From Nitrospirota bacterium (GTDB taxonomy: Bacteria > Nitrospirota > UBA9217), in NCBI GenBank assembly GCA_963818475.1, contig CAWFSF010000006.1:288001-352000 (forward strand): a stretch of DNA of 64,000 nt, written 5' to 3'. Positions within the stretch are counted from its first letter, which is position 1. Each line of letters opens with the position of its first letter. A program made the translations under genes and the position numbers. Below, piece after piece: positions 32,647 through 42,810 of this stretch. Below the pieces are notes generated by a model. The model was given only the letters and a program-made list of their open reading frames with translations, made no database searches and had not been told where the DNA came from.

Positions 32647-33111
32647 TTATTCGTATTTATTCAGTATCTCATCCATCATCTCGGCTGTCACAGGACCATA
32701 CAGTTCCTCGTCCACCATCATCGCCGGAGCCCGGTCGCATGCGCCGAGGCAGGAGATCGGGAGCAGCGTGAATCGTTTGTCCCCGGTCGTCTCGCCGAAC
32801 GCGATACCCAATTTAGTCTTCAGCAGGTCCAGCAGGGGATTATATCCCATGACCCAGCAGCTGATGCTGTCGCACACGAGGATCACATGGCGTCCAACCG
32901 GCTGCCTAAAGATGAAGCTGTAGAACGTGGCAACGGCGTCGAGCTCGTCTGCCGACATCTCGAGCACGGCAGCGACATCCCTGATCGCCTCGTCAGATAC
33001 CCAGCCGCGGTGCTTCTGGATGATCTTGAGCGTTTCGATGGATGCGGACTGCTTGAATTCGCAGTGCGCTAGCTCGGAATTGATCTCTATTTTTTCTTGT
33101 TCAGTGAGCAT
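32647..33111 (-). CDS. nuoE: NADH-quinone oxidoreductase subunit E
   Basis: VATFYS, CDSISC, CLGACDRAP. Confidence 0.95.
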   Translation of the reverse strand: MLTEQEKIEINSELAHCEFKQSASIETLKIIQKHRGWVSDEAIRDVAAVLEMSADELDAVATFYSFIFRQPVGRHVILVCDSISCWVMGYNPLLDLLKTKLGIAFGETTGDKRFTLLPISCLGACDRAPAMMVDEELYGPVTAEMMDEILNKYE

Positions 33112-33122
33112 GTTGTACCGCA

Positions 33123-33507
33123 TTACCTCCTCTCCCCAAGGGGAGAGGATTGAGGTGAGGGGGTGTTCTCTGTTGCTCTCAGAATAACTTCACAAACACC
33201 TGCAATATTCATTAAGATGTCCCTGTCGCTGAATCGTAACATCCGTATGCCTTGCATTTCCAAAGCTTCGGTTCTAACTTTATCTTTTGTTACTCCTTCA
33301 TCGGTGTAGTGCTGACCGCCGTCTGCCTCTACTGCGATCTTGTGCTCGGGTGCATAGAAGTCCAGAATATACTTGTCTATCGAGAACTGTCTTCTGAACT
33401 TTATTCCATTGAGCTGACGATTGCGAAGAACAGACCAAAGCTTTCTTTCAGCATCAGTCTAAATTTTTTCGAAGCTTTCTGCTGGCTGATATATTGGGTC
33501 GCTTCAA
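33123..33507 (-). CDS. Second DUF559 / Vsr-like endonuclease, between nuoCD and nuoE (one frameshift; absent from the ORF track)
   Basis: Manual translation: RKLRKN..TDAERKLWSVLRNRQLNGIKFRRQFSIDKYILDFYAPEHKIAVEADGGQH..GIRMLRF; palindromes at 33126-33163 and 33511-33549. Confidence 0.85.
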
Positions 33508-33559
33508 CGTCCCCCCTCACCCCAACCCTCTCCCCGGAGGGTAGAGGGAGTTTTTAATA

Positions 33560-35306
33560 TCACCTATCCAAATCCGCCAGAATAAAGTCAATGCTCCCCA
33601 GGATCGCCAGCAGGTCCGCGATCATCAGTCCCTTGCAGATCTTCGGCACCATCTGCATGATGCGCGAACGAAGGGGTGCGAATGCGCGTTCGGTAGGACT
33701 GGGTGCTGCCGTCGCTGATCAGGTAGTAGCCGTTATTGCCTTTGGTCGCCTCGATGCCCATGAAGGCCTCGCCGGCCGGGATCACCGGGCCCCAGCTTGT
33801 GCTCAGGAAATGCGTGATGAGTGTCTCGATGTCCTGCAGGGTCCGCTCCTTGCGGGGCGGCGTGGCGAGCGGATGGTCGGACTTGTATCTGCCCTCGGGC
33901 ATATTGTTCACGCACTGCTCGACGATTCGCAGGCTCTGGCGCATTTCCTCGACGCGCACCACACCGCGGTCGTAACAGTCGCCGTGAACAGCCGTGGGGA
34001 TATCGAACTCGAAGTTTTCGTACCCGGAGTAGGGCCTTTTTTTACGAAAGTCCCAGTCGAACCGCAGGCCCGAAGTCCCGGCCCGGTGACGCCCCATTCG
34101 ATGGCTTCTTCCAGCGTGTAGGCCCCGACCCCTTTGGTACGGCCTTTGAAAATGCTGTTCTGCATCACAATGGAATCGTATTCCTTAAGCCGCGGCGGCA
34201 GATAGGCGAGAAAATTGCGCACCAAGCGGTCCCAGCCTTTCGGCAGGTCCTGCGCCACGCCGCCGATCCTGAACCATTCAGGATGCATGCGTCCGCCGCA
34301 GATTGCCTCGATAATATCGAAGATGCGTTCGCGGTCCGTGAACATGTAGAACACGGGCGAGAGCGCGCCCACGTCCTGGGCAAAGGTGCCGTACCAGACC
34401 AAATGACTGGCGATCCGGAACAGCTCAGACAGCATGACCCTGATCACTTGCGCGCGCGCAGGCACCTCGATGCCAGCCAGTTTCTCCACTGCGAGGCAGT
34501 AGGCCATGTTGTTCATGACGCCGCCTAAGTAGTCCACGCGGTCCGTGTAGGGGATGAAGGTGTGCCAGGTCTGGCGCTCGGCCATCTTTTCCGCGCCGCG
34601 GTGATGGTAGCCGATGTCGGGCACGCACTCCTTGATCTCCTCGCCGTCGAGCTGCAGGATGAACCGGATGAGCCCGTGCGTGCCCGGATGCTGGGGGCCG
34701 AGGTTCAGGAACATGAAGTCCGTGTCCTCTGCCGTGCGCGTCATGCCCCAGTCTTCGGGCCGGAACTTGAGCGCCTGCTGTTCGATCGCTTCCTTCTCAT
34801 CAGGAAGCTGGAAGGGTCCCATCTCGGTTGCGCGCGCAGGGTGGTCCTTGCGCAGGGGATGGCCTTTCCAGGTCGGCGGCATCAATATCCTGCTCAGGTG
34901 CGGATGGCCGTCGAAGGTGATGCCGAAGAGGTCCCAGACCTCGCGCTCGTACCAGTTGGCTGACGGCCAGAGACCGGTGATGGTCGGAAGGGACGGAGCA
35001 GTGCCAATGAGCGCAACCTTGATGCGGATATCGTCGTTGCGTTCATAGGAAAGAAGATGATAGACAACGGTGAAGTCGCTCTGACGGCTGGTCCGGGCGG
35101 TGACGCCGCACGCGCTCGTCTATGGCAGTGAGGTCGTACAGCATCTTATAGGGACGGTCGATGGCGATCTTGAGATGACGGAGTATGTCGGGGGCCTTCT
35201 CTTTCCTGACCCAGATCGTCGGGATGTTGTCGCGGGTCTGCTGGACCGCGAGGATGGAGTCGCCGAAGGTTGTTGTGAGGTCGTTGATGATGGGATGGAT
35301 ATCCAT
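33560..35306 (-). CDS. nuoC: Fused NADH-quinone oxidoreductase subunit C/D (frameshifts)
   Basis: [57 protein letters not shown], terminal ADLDR; no stop/start between the C and D parts. Confidence 0.9.
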
Positions 35307-35323
35307 AATTAAGGCAAAAGACA

Positions 35324-35508
35324 TTGACACTGATGAACACTGAGAGAAACTATGCTGAACCAGGAGAAACCGGAACAAAAATCTAAAGGCGCCTCTCGCA
35401 ATGGTCCCAGACCACGATGAGGCGCAAAGGGCGCAAAGGAAATCATTTAGTCCTGGTTTTTAACCCGAGTGAATTGCTTTTCTTTGCGAGCTTTGCGCCT
35501 TTGCGAGA
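35324..35508. repeat. Composite repeat shells between nuoB and nuoCD
   Basis: TTGACACTGATGAACACTGA half-element plus GCGCAAAGGGCGCAAAG..CTTTGCGAGCTTTGCGCCTTTGCGAGA inverted array. Confidence 0.7.
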
Positions 35509-35550
35509 AAATTTCTTGACGTTTTGAAGAGAATTTTATTCTTTTCGTTC

Positions 35551-36166
35551 CTACACTTCATCGATCGGCCGCAGGATCGTCGCTTTCATACGCTCCTCCC
35601 GCTTCAGCATCGCGCATGCACGGCATCTCAGGCCGCACGATGCCTTGCGGGCCTGCGGCCCAGCTGAGGGGCCGTCGCTCCTTGCCCACCATGTCCCGGA
35701 GCATGAGCAGTCCTTCCATGAAGGCATCGGGCCGGGGCGGACAGCCGGGAACATACACGTCCACGGGCATGAACTTGTCAACGCCCTGGACAACGCTGTA
35801 GATATCGTACATGCCGCCGGAGTTGGCGCAGGATCCCATGGAGATGACCCAGCGGGGCTCCATCATCTGTTCGTAGAGCCTTCTGATCACCGGCGCCATC
35901 TTGATAAAGACCGTGCCCGCGACGATCATCATATCGGCCTCGCGCGGCGTGCCGCGCATCACCTCCGCCCCGAAGCGGGCGATATCGTACTTGCTGGTCA
36001 GGCTCGTTGCCATCTCCACGTAGCAGCAGGAAAGGCCGAAGTTGAAGGGCCAGATGGAATTCTTTCTGCCCCAGGCGAGCATGTCCTGAAGCCGCGTGAA
36101 CATGAGGCTTTGGCGAACGGCATTATCGAGCGGGTCGCGGTCGGGTTTTGTAATTGAGTAGTTCAT
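35551..36166 (-). CDS. nuoB: NADH-quinone oxidoreductase subunit B (3' frameshift)
   Basis: [26 protein letters not shown]. Confidence 0.95.
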
Positions 36167-36232
36167 AGCTTATAGTTAGGAGTAAGGAGTTAGTTACAAA
36201 TCAAATTCTATACAAAAGACAAGGAACTTATC

Positions 36233-36334
36233 GCCACGAAGGCACTAAGACACGAAGAACTTCATGAAAATTATCGAGTTAATTAAATTACAAAAATACT
36301 CATGCCTCTCTTCGTGCCTTCGTGTCTTCGTGGC
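36233..36334. mobile_element. Empty, non-autonomous copy of the 26278-26750 element
   Basis: GCCACGAAGGCACTAAGACACGAAGAACTTC ... CTCATG..CTTCGTGCCTTCGTGTCTTCGTGGC. Confidence 0.75.
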
Positions 36335-36359
36335 AGGTTTTGTTCCGGTTTGACCGGTC

Positions 36360-36761
36360 TCAACGCCGAACTCGCATCTCAGGCGATCTCCATTCAAGGG
36401 CGCCGAGTCTCCAGAGATACACCAGCGCGGCGGCAAGAACGCCGATGAAGATCAGCATTTCAGTATACCCGGCCCAGCCGCTTTCGCGCAGCGAGACGGC
36501 CCAGGCATAGACGAAGACGGATTCCAGGTCGAAGATGACGAAGAACATCGCGATGAGGTAGAATTTAACATCAAAGCGCACCCGCGCCGAGCCGGTGGAC
36601 ACGATGCCGGACTCGTAGGGTTCATCGGTCTGCTTCTCCCGGTGGCGTTCGCCGAGGAAGTAGGACAAGGACAGCATGGCTGTTACGAGCAGCAGGACCG
36701 CGGCGAAGTACAGTGCCAGCGGCCAAAGGGATGATGACGGCGATCCGGGAATGGAATGCAA
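36360..36761 (-). CDS. nuoA: NADH-quinone oxidoreductase subunit A
   Basis: PYESG, FYLIAMFFVIFDLE, GALEW. Confidence 0.95.
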   Translation of the reverse strand: MHSIPGSPSSSLWPLALYFAAVLLLVTAMLSLSYFLGERHREKQTDEPYESGIVSTGSARVRFDVKFYLIAMFFVIFDLESVFVYAWAVSLRESGWAGYTEMLIFIGVLAAALVYLWRLGALEWRSPEMRVRR

Positions 36762-36952
36762 GCGTGCTGCCTCCTCGTTGACGACTGTAAAAAAAGAATA
36801 GCACAGCGATTGGGAATGTCAAGAACAGGATTGGTGCAACAGATTGAAAGGTTGACAAAAATAATGAACGCTGATACTGTATTCGTCATCATAACGAAGG
36901 TATGATGACTTCCATGTCAGCCTACGTATACCATACGTACAAAGGAGGATGT

Positions 36953-37675
36953 ATGAAATTTCGCTTTGCGGTTGCATTGTGTCTGGTGCTCGTGGCAGGA
37001 CAGGTGCTGGCGGCAGGGGATGTGGAGATAAAGACAGAAAAACAAAAACTGAGCTACAGCATTGGTGTGAATGCCGGCCGTTCCATGAAGGATAGTCTCA
37101 AGACCCAGTCGATTGACGTTGACCCTGCCATTCTCTTAAAAGGGCTGAACGACGGTGTCATGGATGCGAAGCCGCAGATGACCGAGGATGAAATGAAAAA
37201 GGTCCTTGAGGCGCTGCAAAAAACGCTGGCGGAAAAGCAGCAGGAACAGGCGGCAAAACAGCAGGAGCAGGCGAAGGTAGCTGCTGAAAAGAACAAGAAG
37301 GACGGTGAGGCATTCCTCGCAGCCAATAAAAAGAAAGAGGGCGTTATTACCATGCCGAGCGGCCTTCAGTATAAAGTCCTGGTCGCAGGCAAGGGCAAGT
37401 CTCCCAAGGCCACGGATACGGTGACCGTTCACTACCGGGGCACGTTGATCGACGGTACGGAGTTCGACAGCTCTATCAAACGCGGCCAGCCGGCAACATT
37501 CCCCTTGAATCAGGTGATCAAGGGCTGGACCGAGGCGGTCCAGCTCATGAAGGAAGGAGCCAAGTGGGAGCTCTATATTCCGTCGAACCTGGCCTACGGT
37601 GAGCGCGGCGCAGGTGCGACCATCGGCGGCAATGCCACGTTGATCTTCGAGGTCGAGCTTCTGTCGATCAAGTAA
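36953..37675 (+). CDS. Exported FKBP-type peptidyl-prolyl isomerase (FkpA/Mip-like)
   Basis: Signal peptide, SYSIG, VHYRGTLIDGTEFDSS, VIKGW.E, LIFEVELL. Confidence 0.95.
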   Translation: MKFRFAVALCLVLVAGQVLAAGDVEIKTEKQKLSYSIGVNAGRSMKDSLKTQSIDVDPAILLKGLNDGVMDAKPQMTEDEMKKVLEALQKTLAEKQQEQAAKQQEQAKVAAEKNKKDGEAFLAANKKKEGVITMPSGLQYKVLVAGKGKSPKATDTVTVHYRGTLIDGTEFDSSIKRGQPATFPLNQVIKGWTEAVQLMKEGAKWELYIPSNLAYGERGAGATIGGNATLIFEVELLSIK

Positions 37676-37700
37676 GCAGTACCCGTATGCACGCATGCTC

Positions 37701-37729
37701 AGGCCGGCCTTCGGGCCGGCCTTTTGTTT
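37701..37729 (+). terminator. Intrinsic terminator
   Basis: AGGCCGGCC-TTCG-GGCCGGCCT followed by TTTGTTT. Confidence 0.85.
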
Positions 37730-37842
37730 ATGGGTAAGGAAGGGATATCATCCTAAAAAGAGCAGCTGGCCGCAATAGAACGCAAAGATCACAAAGAAAA
37801 GCAAAAGTTTGTTTCGTAGAAATTAATTGCCGTTTCAAGGAT

Positions 37843-37878
37843 CATGCGATATTGGTGCACCATGCGATACTGGTGCAC
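37843..37878. repeat. 18-bp tandem duplication
   Basis: CATGCGATATTGGTGCAC CATGCGATACTGGTGCAC. Confidence 0.8.
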
Positions 37879-37905
37879 AATCGGCACCGTAATCTTCGCC
37901 CCGGT

Positions 37906-38703
37906 TTATTTTCCCTCCCGCACCGGCCCTTCCCATTCCTTCAGTTTTTCCGTGATGAACGAAATGATCTGCTCATGCTCTTCCGTGCCGCGGTCCCTGA
38001 TCGTAAGCGGCCGGCCGAATGCGAAGTGGACCGGACGTGCCGGGTCAATTCTGCCATAATCCTTCAGGAAGCTGCCGTTGCCCCAGGCGTCTGTTTTGAG
38101 CGCGATCGGGACGATCGGCACGCCGGCTTTTTTTGCCAGCTTGATCCCGATGGTGTTGAACGCTGCAGGATCGAAGAGCATGGAGCGGGTGGTCTGGGGA
38201 AAGATGATGATCGAAAGACCGGCGGCAAGCCTTGCCGTACCACCTTCGAGGACCGCCTTGAAATCATCCCGGGCATTTACCCTGCCGACCGTGATCGGGT
38301 CACGGGTGCGCATGATGTGCTTGAACACGGGATAGTCGACCAGGCTCTGCTTCACCACAAAGGTCGTGTCCTTGATCGGCGCAATGAGCGTCGGGAGCAC
38401 AAAGGTCTCGAGCGTGCTCATGTGGTTCCCGATGAAAACGCAGGGGCCTTCGAAGGACGTGATGTTCTCGAGGCCCGTTACTTCCATGGTGACGCCGACG
38501 CGCTCGAGGGCGCGGAGCGTCAATAAGCTGTCGCGGCACCAGTCGGACGTATCGTAGCTCCCGTGTTTCGCCTGTTTGCTGCCGGCTGCGACGATCCTGA
38601 CCAGGTCCGTGTAGAACGTGAGTGACGGCAAGGTCTTTGCCAGGAATGAAATGTGCGAAGCAGCGGTGTGGTAGCGACCGTTCTCAAAAGTAAAGGTATC
38701 CAC
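37906..38703 (-). CDS. plsC: Lysophospholipid acyltransferase (PlsC family)
   Basis: NHMSTLE, IFPQTTR, VPIVP. Confidence 0.8.
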   Translation of the reverse strand: MDTFTFENGRYHTAASHISFLAKTLPSLTFYTDLVRIVAAGSKQAKHGSYDTSDWCRDSLLTLRALERVGVTMEVTGLENITSFEGPCVFIGNHMSTLETFVLPTLIAPIKDTTFVVKQSLVDYPVFKHIMRTRDPITVGRVNARDDFKAVLEGGTARLAAGLSIIIFPQTTRSMLFDPAAFNTIGIKLAKKAGVPIVPIALKTDAWGNGSFLKDYGRIDPARPVHFAFGRPLTIRDRGTEEHEQIISFITEKLKEWEGPVREGK

Positions 38704-38958
38704 AGAAGTTCTCCTGGTGCAGGGGTATGGGCACTGGCTAAGAATGCTGCGTAGTATACCACGGGCGGGGACAGGGACGGAAGGGAAAATGCGGGAGCTC
38801 GCTTCGCAAGACGGGCCTTACTGCAGGTCCGGAGACGGGCGCTGAATGTAGTATCCCTGGGCGTAATCAATGCCCGTGGATTCGACGTGGCCTGGGATAT
38901 TGTGCGTAAAAATAGCGGGTTATAAAATTACTTGCATTCATGTAAAAAAAAAGAGAAA

Positions 38959-40542
38959 ATGCCGTCCATGAAATCGCTGACACAGTTGGTGGCACAGATG
39001 GTGATGCCGAGGATCAACGGCATGCAGCTTGAAGATCCTGTCTATCGTCAGGAGATCGAGGCGCTGGTCCGGGAAGGTATGGGCGGGTTCATTCTCTTCG
39101 GCGGCTCCGTAGAGCATACGCCGGCCAGGCTCGCCGCTCTCCAGGCGCTGGCAACAACGCCGCTTTTGATCTCTTCCGATGTGGAGCGGGGACTGGGCCA
39201 GCAGCTCCAGGGCGGCACCCGCTTCCCGAGCCAACGCGCGGTTGCCGCCGCGATCAGCCGCAGCTCAACGTCAGATGCCGGACTGCTCCAGAGCATGCTC
39301 GACGCAGTCCGGACCGAGACCAGGGCCGCGGGCATCCATATCGTGTTCTCGCCGGTCATGGACGTGAACAACAACTCCGACAATCCGATCATCTGCACCC
39401 GGGCCTTTGGCGATGAGCCCGGGGTCGTTGAGTGGTTCGGTTCCCGCTATATCACCGGCCTGCAGCGGTCGAATCATAACGGAACGCTCGATCTTCTTGC
39501 CTGCGCCAAGCACTTTCCCGGCCACGGAGACACGGACCAGGACTCCCATTCCGTGCTGCCCGTGATCAAAGCGGACCGGGCGCGGCTGAACAGCGTGGAA
39601 CTGCCGCCGTTCCGCGAGGCAGTGAAGGACGGCGTCGGCACCATCATGGTGGCCCATTTGCTCGTTCCGGCACTGGACGCGGAAAAACCGACGACGTTCT
39701 CGAAAAAAACGATCACCGCGCTTCTTCGCGAGGGCATGGGCTTCGATGGATTGATCGTGTCCGATGCGCTTGATATGGGGGCACTGGCCGGGGCCTATTC
39801 TCAGGAAGAGATCGCGGTCCGGGCCGTAACAGCAGGCATGGACATCCTCCTCCATCCTATTGACGCGCGCGTGACCATCAATGCCGTGGCTGCGGCAGTT
39901 GAACAGGGCAGGCTGACCAGGACCAGGATCGAAGAATCGGTCGGCAGGATCCGCGAAGCCAAGATGCGGCTCGGCCTTTTCGACCCGGCTGTAACAAAGA
40001 CCCCGCAGATCGATTACGAAAAGCATCGCGGCATCGCGCGCGAACTGAGCCGGAGGGCGCTGCAGATAGTTTCAGGGGACAAAAAGGTCCTGCCGCTCGG
40101 CATCGATAGCGCAGCCTGCTTTATGCTCGATGACGATGCCGAAGGCAGGGGAGATGTTTTCCTCCGTACGCTCCAGGCAAAGGTCGGCACGTTCAGCGGG
40201 ACCGTGCTGACGCCTGATACGGAATTGCAGCAGTCGCACCTCGGCGAACAGATCGCAGCCGCGGACTGGGTCGTGCTCCCGATCTTCTCAAAGATATCCG
40301 CCTCCAAAGGACGCTCGGGCATTTCGCCGAAGCTCCGGGCCATGGCATCACAGGTCATCGCAGCAGCTCAGGCCGCAAAAAAACGGTCCGTGGTCATTTC
40401 GTTCGACAGCCCCTACATCCTCGAACAATTCAAGAACGCCGATCTCTGCATCGCCGCCTATGACCGTATGGACGAGATCCAGCAGGCCGCGGCGGAGATG
40501 CTGGTGGGGAGTGTCGAGGAGCAGGTAGCAAGTAGCAAGTAG
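38959..40542 (+). CDS. nagZ: GH3 beta-N-acetylhexosaminidase
   Basis: D.E.G, P.MDVNNN..NPII..RAFG, KHFPGHGDT..DSH, SDALDM. Confidence 0.88.
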   Translation: MPSMKSLTQLVAQMVMPRINGMQLEDPVYRQEIEALVREGMGGFILFGGSVEHTPARLAALQALATTPLLISSDVERGLGQQLQGGTRFPSQRAVAAAISRSSTSDAGLLQSMLDAVRTETRAAGIHIVFSPVMDVNNNSDNPIICTRAFGDEPGVVEWFGSRYITGLQRSNHNGTLDLLACAKHFPGHGDTDQDSHSVLPVIKADRARLNSVELPPFREAVKDGVGTIMVAHLLVPALDAEKPTTFSKKTITALLREGMGFDGLIVSDALDMGALAGAYSQEEIAVRAVTAGMDILLHPIDARVTINAVAAAVEQGRLTRTRIEESVGRIREAKMRLGLFDPAVTKTPQIDYEKHRGIARELSRRALQIVSGDKKVLPLGIDSAACFMLDDDAEGRGDVFLRTLQAKVGTFSGTVLTPDTELQQSHLGEQIAAADWVVLPIFSKISASKGRSGISPKLRAMASQVIAAAQAAKKRSVVISFDSPYILEQFKNADLCIAAYDRMDEIQQAAAEMLVGSVEEQVASSK

Positions 40543-40605
40543 CAAGGAGCGACAGTCTCATTTTTACCTTGGCACTTGCTACTTGACCCTTGCCCCTAAT
40601 TTCCT

Positions 40606-41212
40606 ATGATAATCCTCATCTTCCTCTCATTTGCCTTAATCCACAGCATCACGGTCTCGCAAAGGTTCAAGCAGATCTGTCAGAAATTGTTCGGCGAGAC
40701 CTTCATGCGGGTATGGTATCGCTTCCTGTACAATGCCGTGAGCGGCTCTGACGGCTGCTGTTGCGTTCTACCTGATCTACCAGGTGCCGGACAAAACCCT
40801 TTGGACCGGGCCGCTCTGGTTCCGGTGGTGTATGCATGCCATACAGCTGGGTGGACTGGTCTTCGGCGCGCGCGCCTTCGAGCATCTCGATACAGCGGAG
40901 TTCATGGGATTCAAACAGGTCTGGCGATATCTCACGAAGGGGGAAACTGCCGGGAACATCGAGGGTCTTACGCAGAGGGAACTGGTCACGACCGGGGTCT
41001 ACGGTATTGTCCGCCATCCCATGTACCTTGCCGGCATCATTATCTTCACCTTCGAACCGAACATCACGGTCAACGGTCTGATTATCACTGTCCTTGCTGA
41101 CCTCTACTTTATCTTCGGCTCGTTCATCGAAGAGCGCCGGTTCATCAGGACCTTCGGAGACCAGTACCGGGACTATCGGGAGCGCGTGCCGAGGTTGGTG
41201 CCGTTCTGCTGA
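40606..41212 (+). CDS. Isoprenylcysteine carboxyl methyltransferase / NnrU-like membrane protein (frameshift near 40745)
   Basis: LVTTGVYGIVRHPMY, EE..L/F...FG..Y..Y...VP. Confidence 0.8.
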
Positions 41213-41267
41213 AGGCTTTCAATGTCGTTGTGAAGAGGATTGCTGCATCCTCATATTCCTATTTTGG

Positions 41268-41364
41268 TCACTTCATGCCGCTGTCCAATACAGCGATATA
41301 AGGCAGGTTCCGGTACTTCTCTCCAAAATCCATCCCGTATCCCACCACGAACAGATCCGGAATT
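41268..41364 (-). repeat. Orphan 3' end of hpt, copy 1 ([31 protein letters not shown])
   Basis: About 70 bp near-identical to 47934-48005, with its own stop codon. Confidence 0.9.
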
Positions 41365-41559
41365 GTAGTTTGCTGAATTTGTGAATAATTCGTTTCATTG
41401 CTTGCCCTTTGCCACTATATGTAGTAAAGTTTTCAATCAGTTGCCCTAAAACAAAAACATCTAACGGGCGCATGTATGAGCAAGTTCACGGATTACATCG
41501 ATAGTTTCGCGTCAAGTGGTAGAATCTGGTCTTACCGCATATGAATAAAGGATGGTTGA

Positions 41560-42810
41560 ATGGCAATTAAGAAGTCTGAACTTTACAGCTCCCTTTGGGC
41601 ATCCTGCGACGAGCTGCGCGGCGGTATGGATGCCAGCCAGTACAAAGACTACGTACTGGTTCTTCTGTTTATAAAGTACGTCAGCGACAAGTATGCCGGC
41701 CAGCCCTACGCGCCGATCACCATTCCTAAAGGTGCGAGCTTCAAAGACATGGCGGCGCTCAAAGGCAAGAGCGATATCGGCGACCAGATCAACAAGAAGA
41801 TCATCGCACCGCTGGCCAATGCCAACAAGCTCTCCGACATGCCGGATTTCAACGACGTTAACAAACTCGGCAGCGGTAAAGAAATGGTGGACCGGCTCAC
41901 CAACCTCATCGCCATTTTCGAGAACAAGGCGCTCGACTTCTCGGAACACGAACCGCAGCGCGCCGCGCTTTACAAAGCGACAGTCGCGCTGGTGCGAGCC
42001 TATGCAAACATTGCTGATGATCTGGAGCCTGCCGGTTATGGCAGTTCCGACATCAGCCGCATCAGGACGCAAATCGACCACTATCTGAACGTCCGGGAGA
42101 TCATCCGCAAGGCCAGCGGCGAGACGCTTGACCTTAAAGCATACGAAGCAGACATGCGGCACCTGATCGACACCTACATCGAGGCCGCCGAGCCCAGGAA
42201 AATATCGCCTTTCGACAATATGGGCCTGCTGGAACTGATCGTGAAGACCGGCATCGCTGATGCCATTGCCAGACAACTTGGCGGACTGAAGGGCAACAGG
42301 AACGCCATCGCCGAGACGATCGAGAACAATATCCGCAGCAAGATCATCAAAGAACACCTGAACGACCCCGCTTTCTACGAGAAGATGTCGACACAGCTGC
42401 AGGAAATTATTGAACTGCGGAAGGCCAAAGCAATTGAATATGAGGAATACCTGAAGCGCATCGCGGAATTGGCGAAGAAGGTTGGAGCCGGGCATGCCGA
42501 AGATATTCCTGATCAACTAAAGAACAGTCCTGCCCTTCGGGCGCTTTACAATAATTTGAATGTGACTGGCGGTCTGACAGTAAAGACAGGCCTTGCTGCT
42601 GAAACAGCGGCTGATTGGATGAGTGCCGAGGATCCGGTGTTATCACTTACACTGAAGATCGACGAGGTAGTTAAAACGACCCGGCCGGATGGATGGCGGG
42701 GTGTCCAGGCCAGAGAACAGGTTATCAAGGCGGCATTGTATAACATTTTGCAAGATGTCGCCGAGGTAGAACGCATCTTCCTCATTGTCAAAGCGCAGGG
42801 CGAGTACTGA
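41560..42810 (+). CDS. In-frame fusion of a type I R-M HsdM N-terminus and an HsdR C-terminus (deletion product)
   Basis: aa 1-128 LWASCDELRGGMDASQYKDYVL (HsdM_N); remainder DLKAYEADMRHLIDTYI..DPAFYEKMS resembles an HsdR tail; no NPPF, FxGxG or helicase motifs. Confidence 0.75.
   Translation: MAIKKSELYSSLWASCDELRGGMDASQYKDYVLVLLFIKYVSDKYAGQPYAPITIPKGASFKDMAALKGKSDIGDQINKKIIAPLANANKLSDMPDFNDVNKLGSGKEMVDRLTNLIAIFENKALDFSEHEPQRAALYKATVALVRAYANIADDLEPAGYGSSDISRIRTQIDHYLNVREIIRKASGETLDLKAYEADMRHLIDTYIEAAEPRKISPFDNMGLLELIVKTGIADAIARQLGGLKGNRNAIAETIENNIRSKIIKEHLNDPAFYEKMSTQLQEIIELRKAKAIEYEEYLKRIAELAKKVGAGHAEDIPDQLKNSPALRALYNNLNVTGGLTVKTGLAAETAADWMSAEDPVLSLTLKIDEVVKTTRPDGWRGVQAREQVIKAALYNILQDVAEVERIFLIVKAQGEY

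Noticed and set aside
33588-35378. Separate nuoC and nuoD genes
   Set aside because: C and D motifs run on in one frame (33908-34885); the ORF breaks are frameshifts at other positions
37843-37878. 18-bp duplication as a mini-CRISPR or att site
   Set aside because: Only two adjacent copies with no spacer
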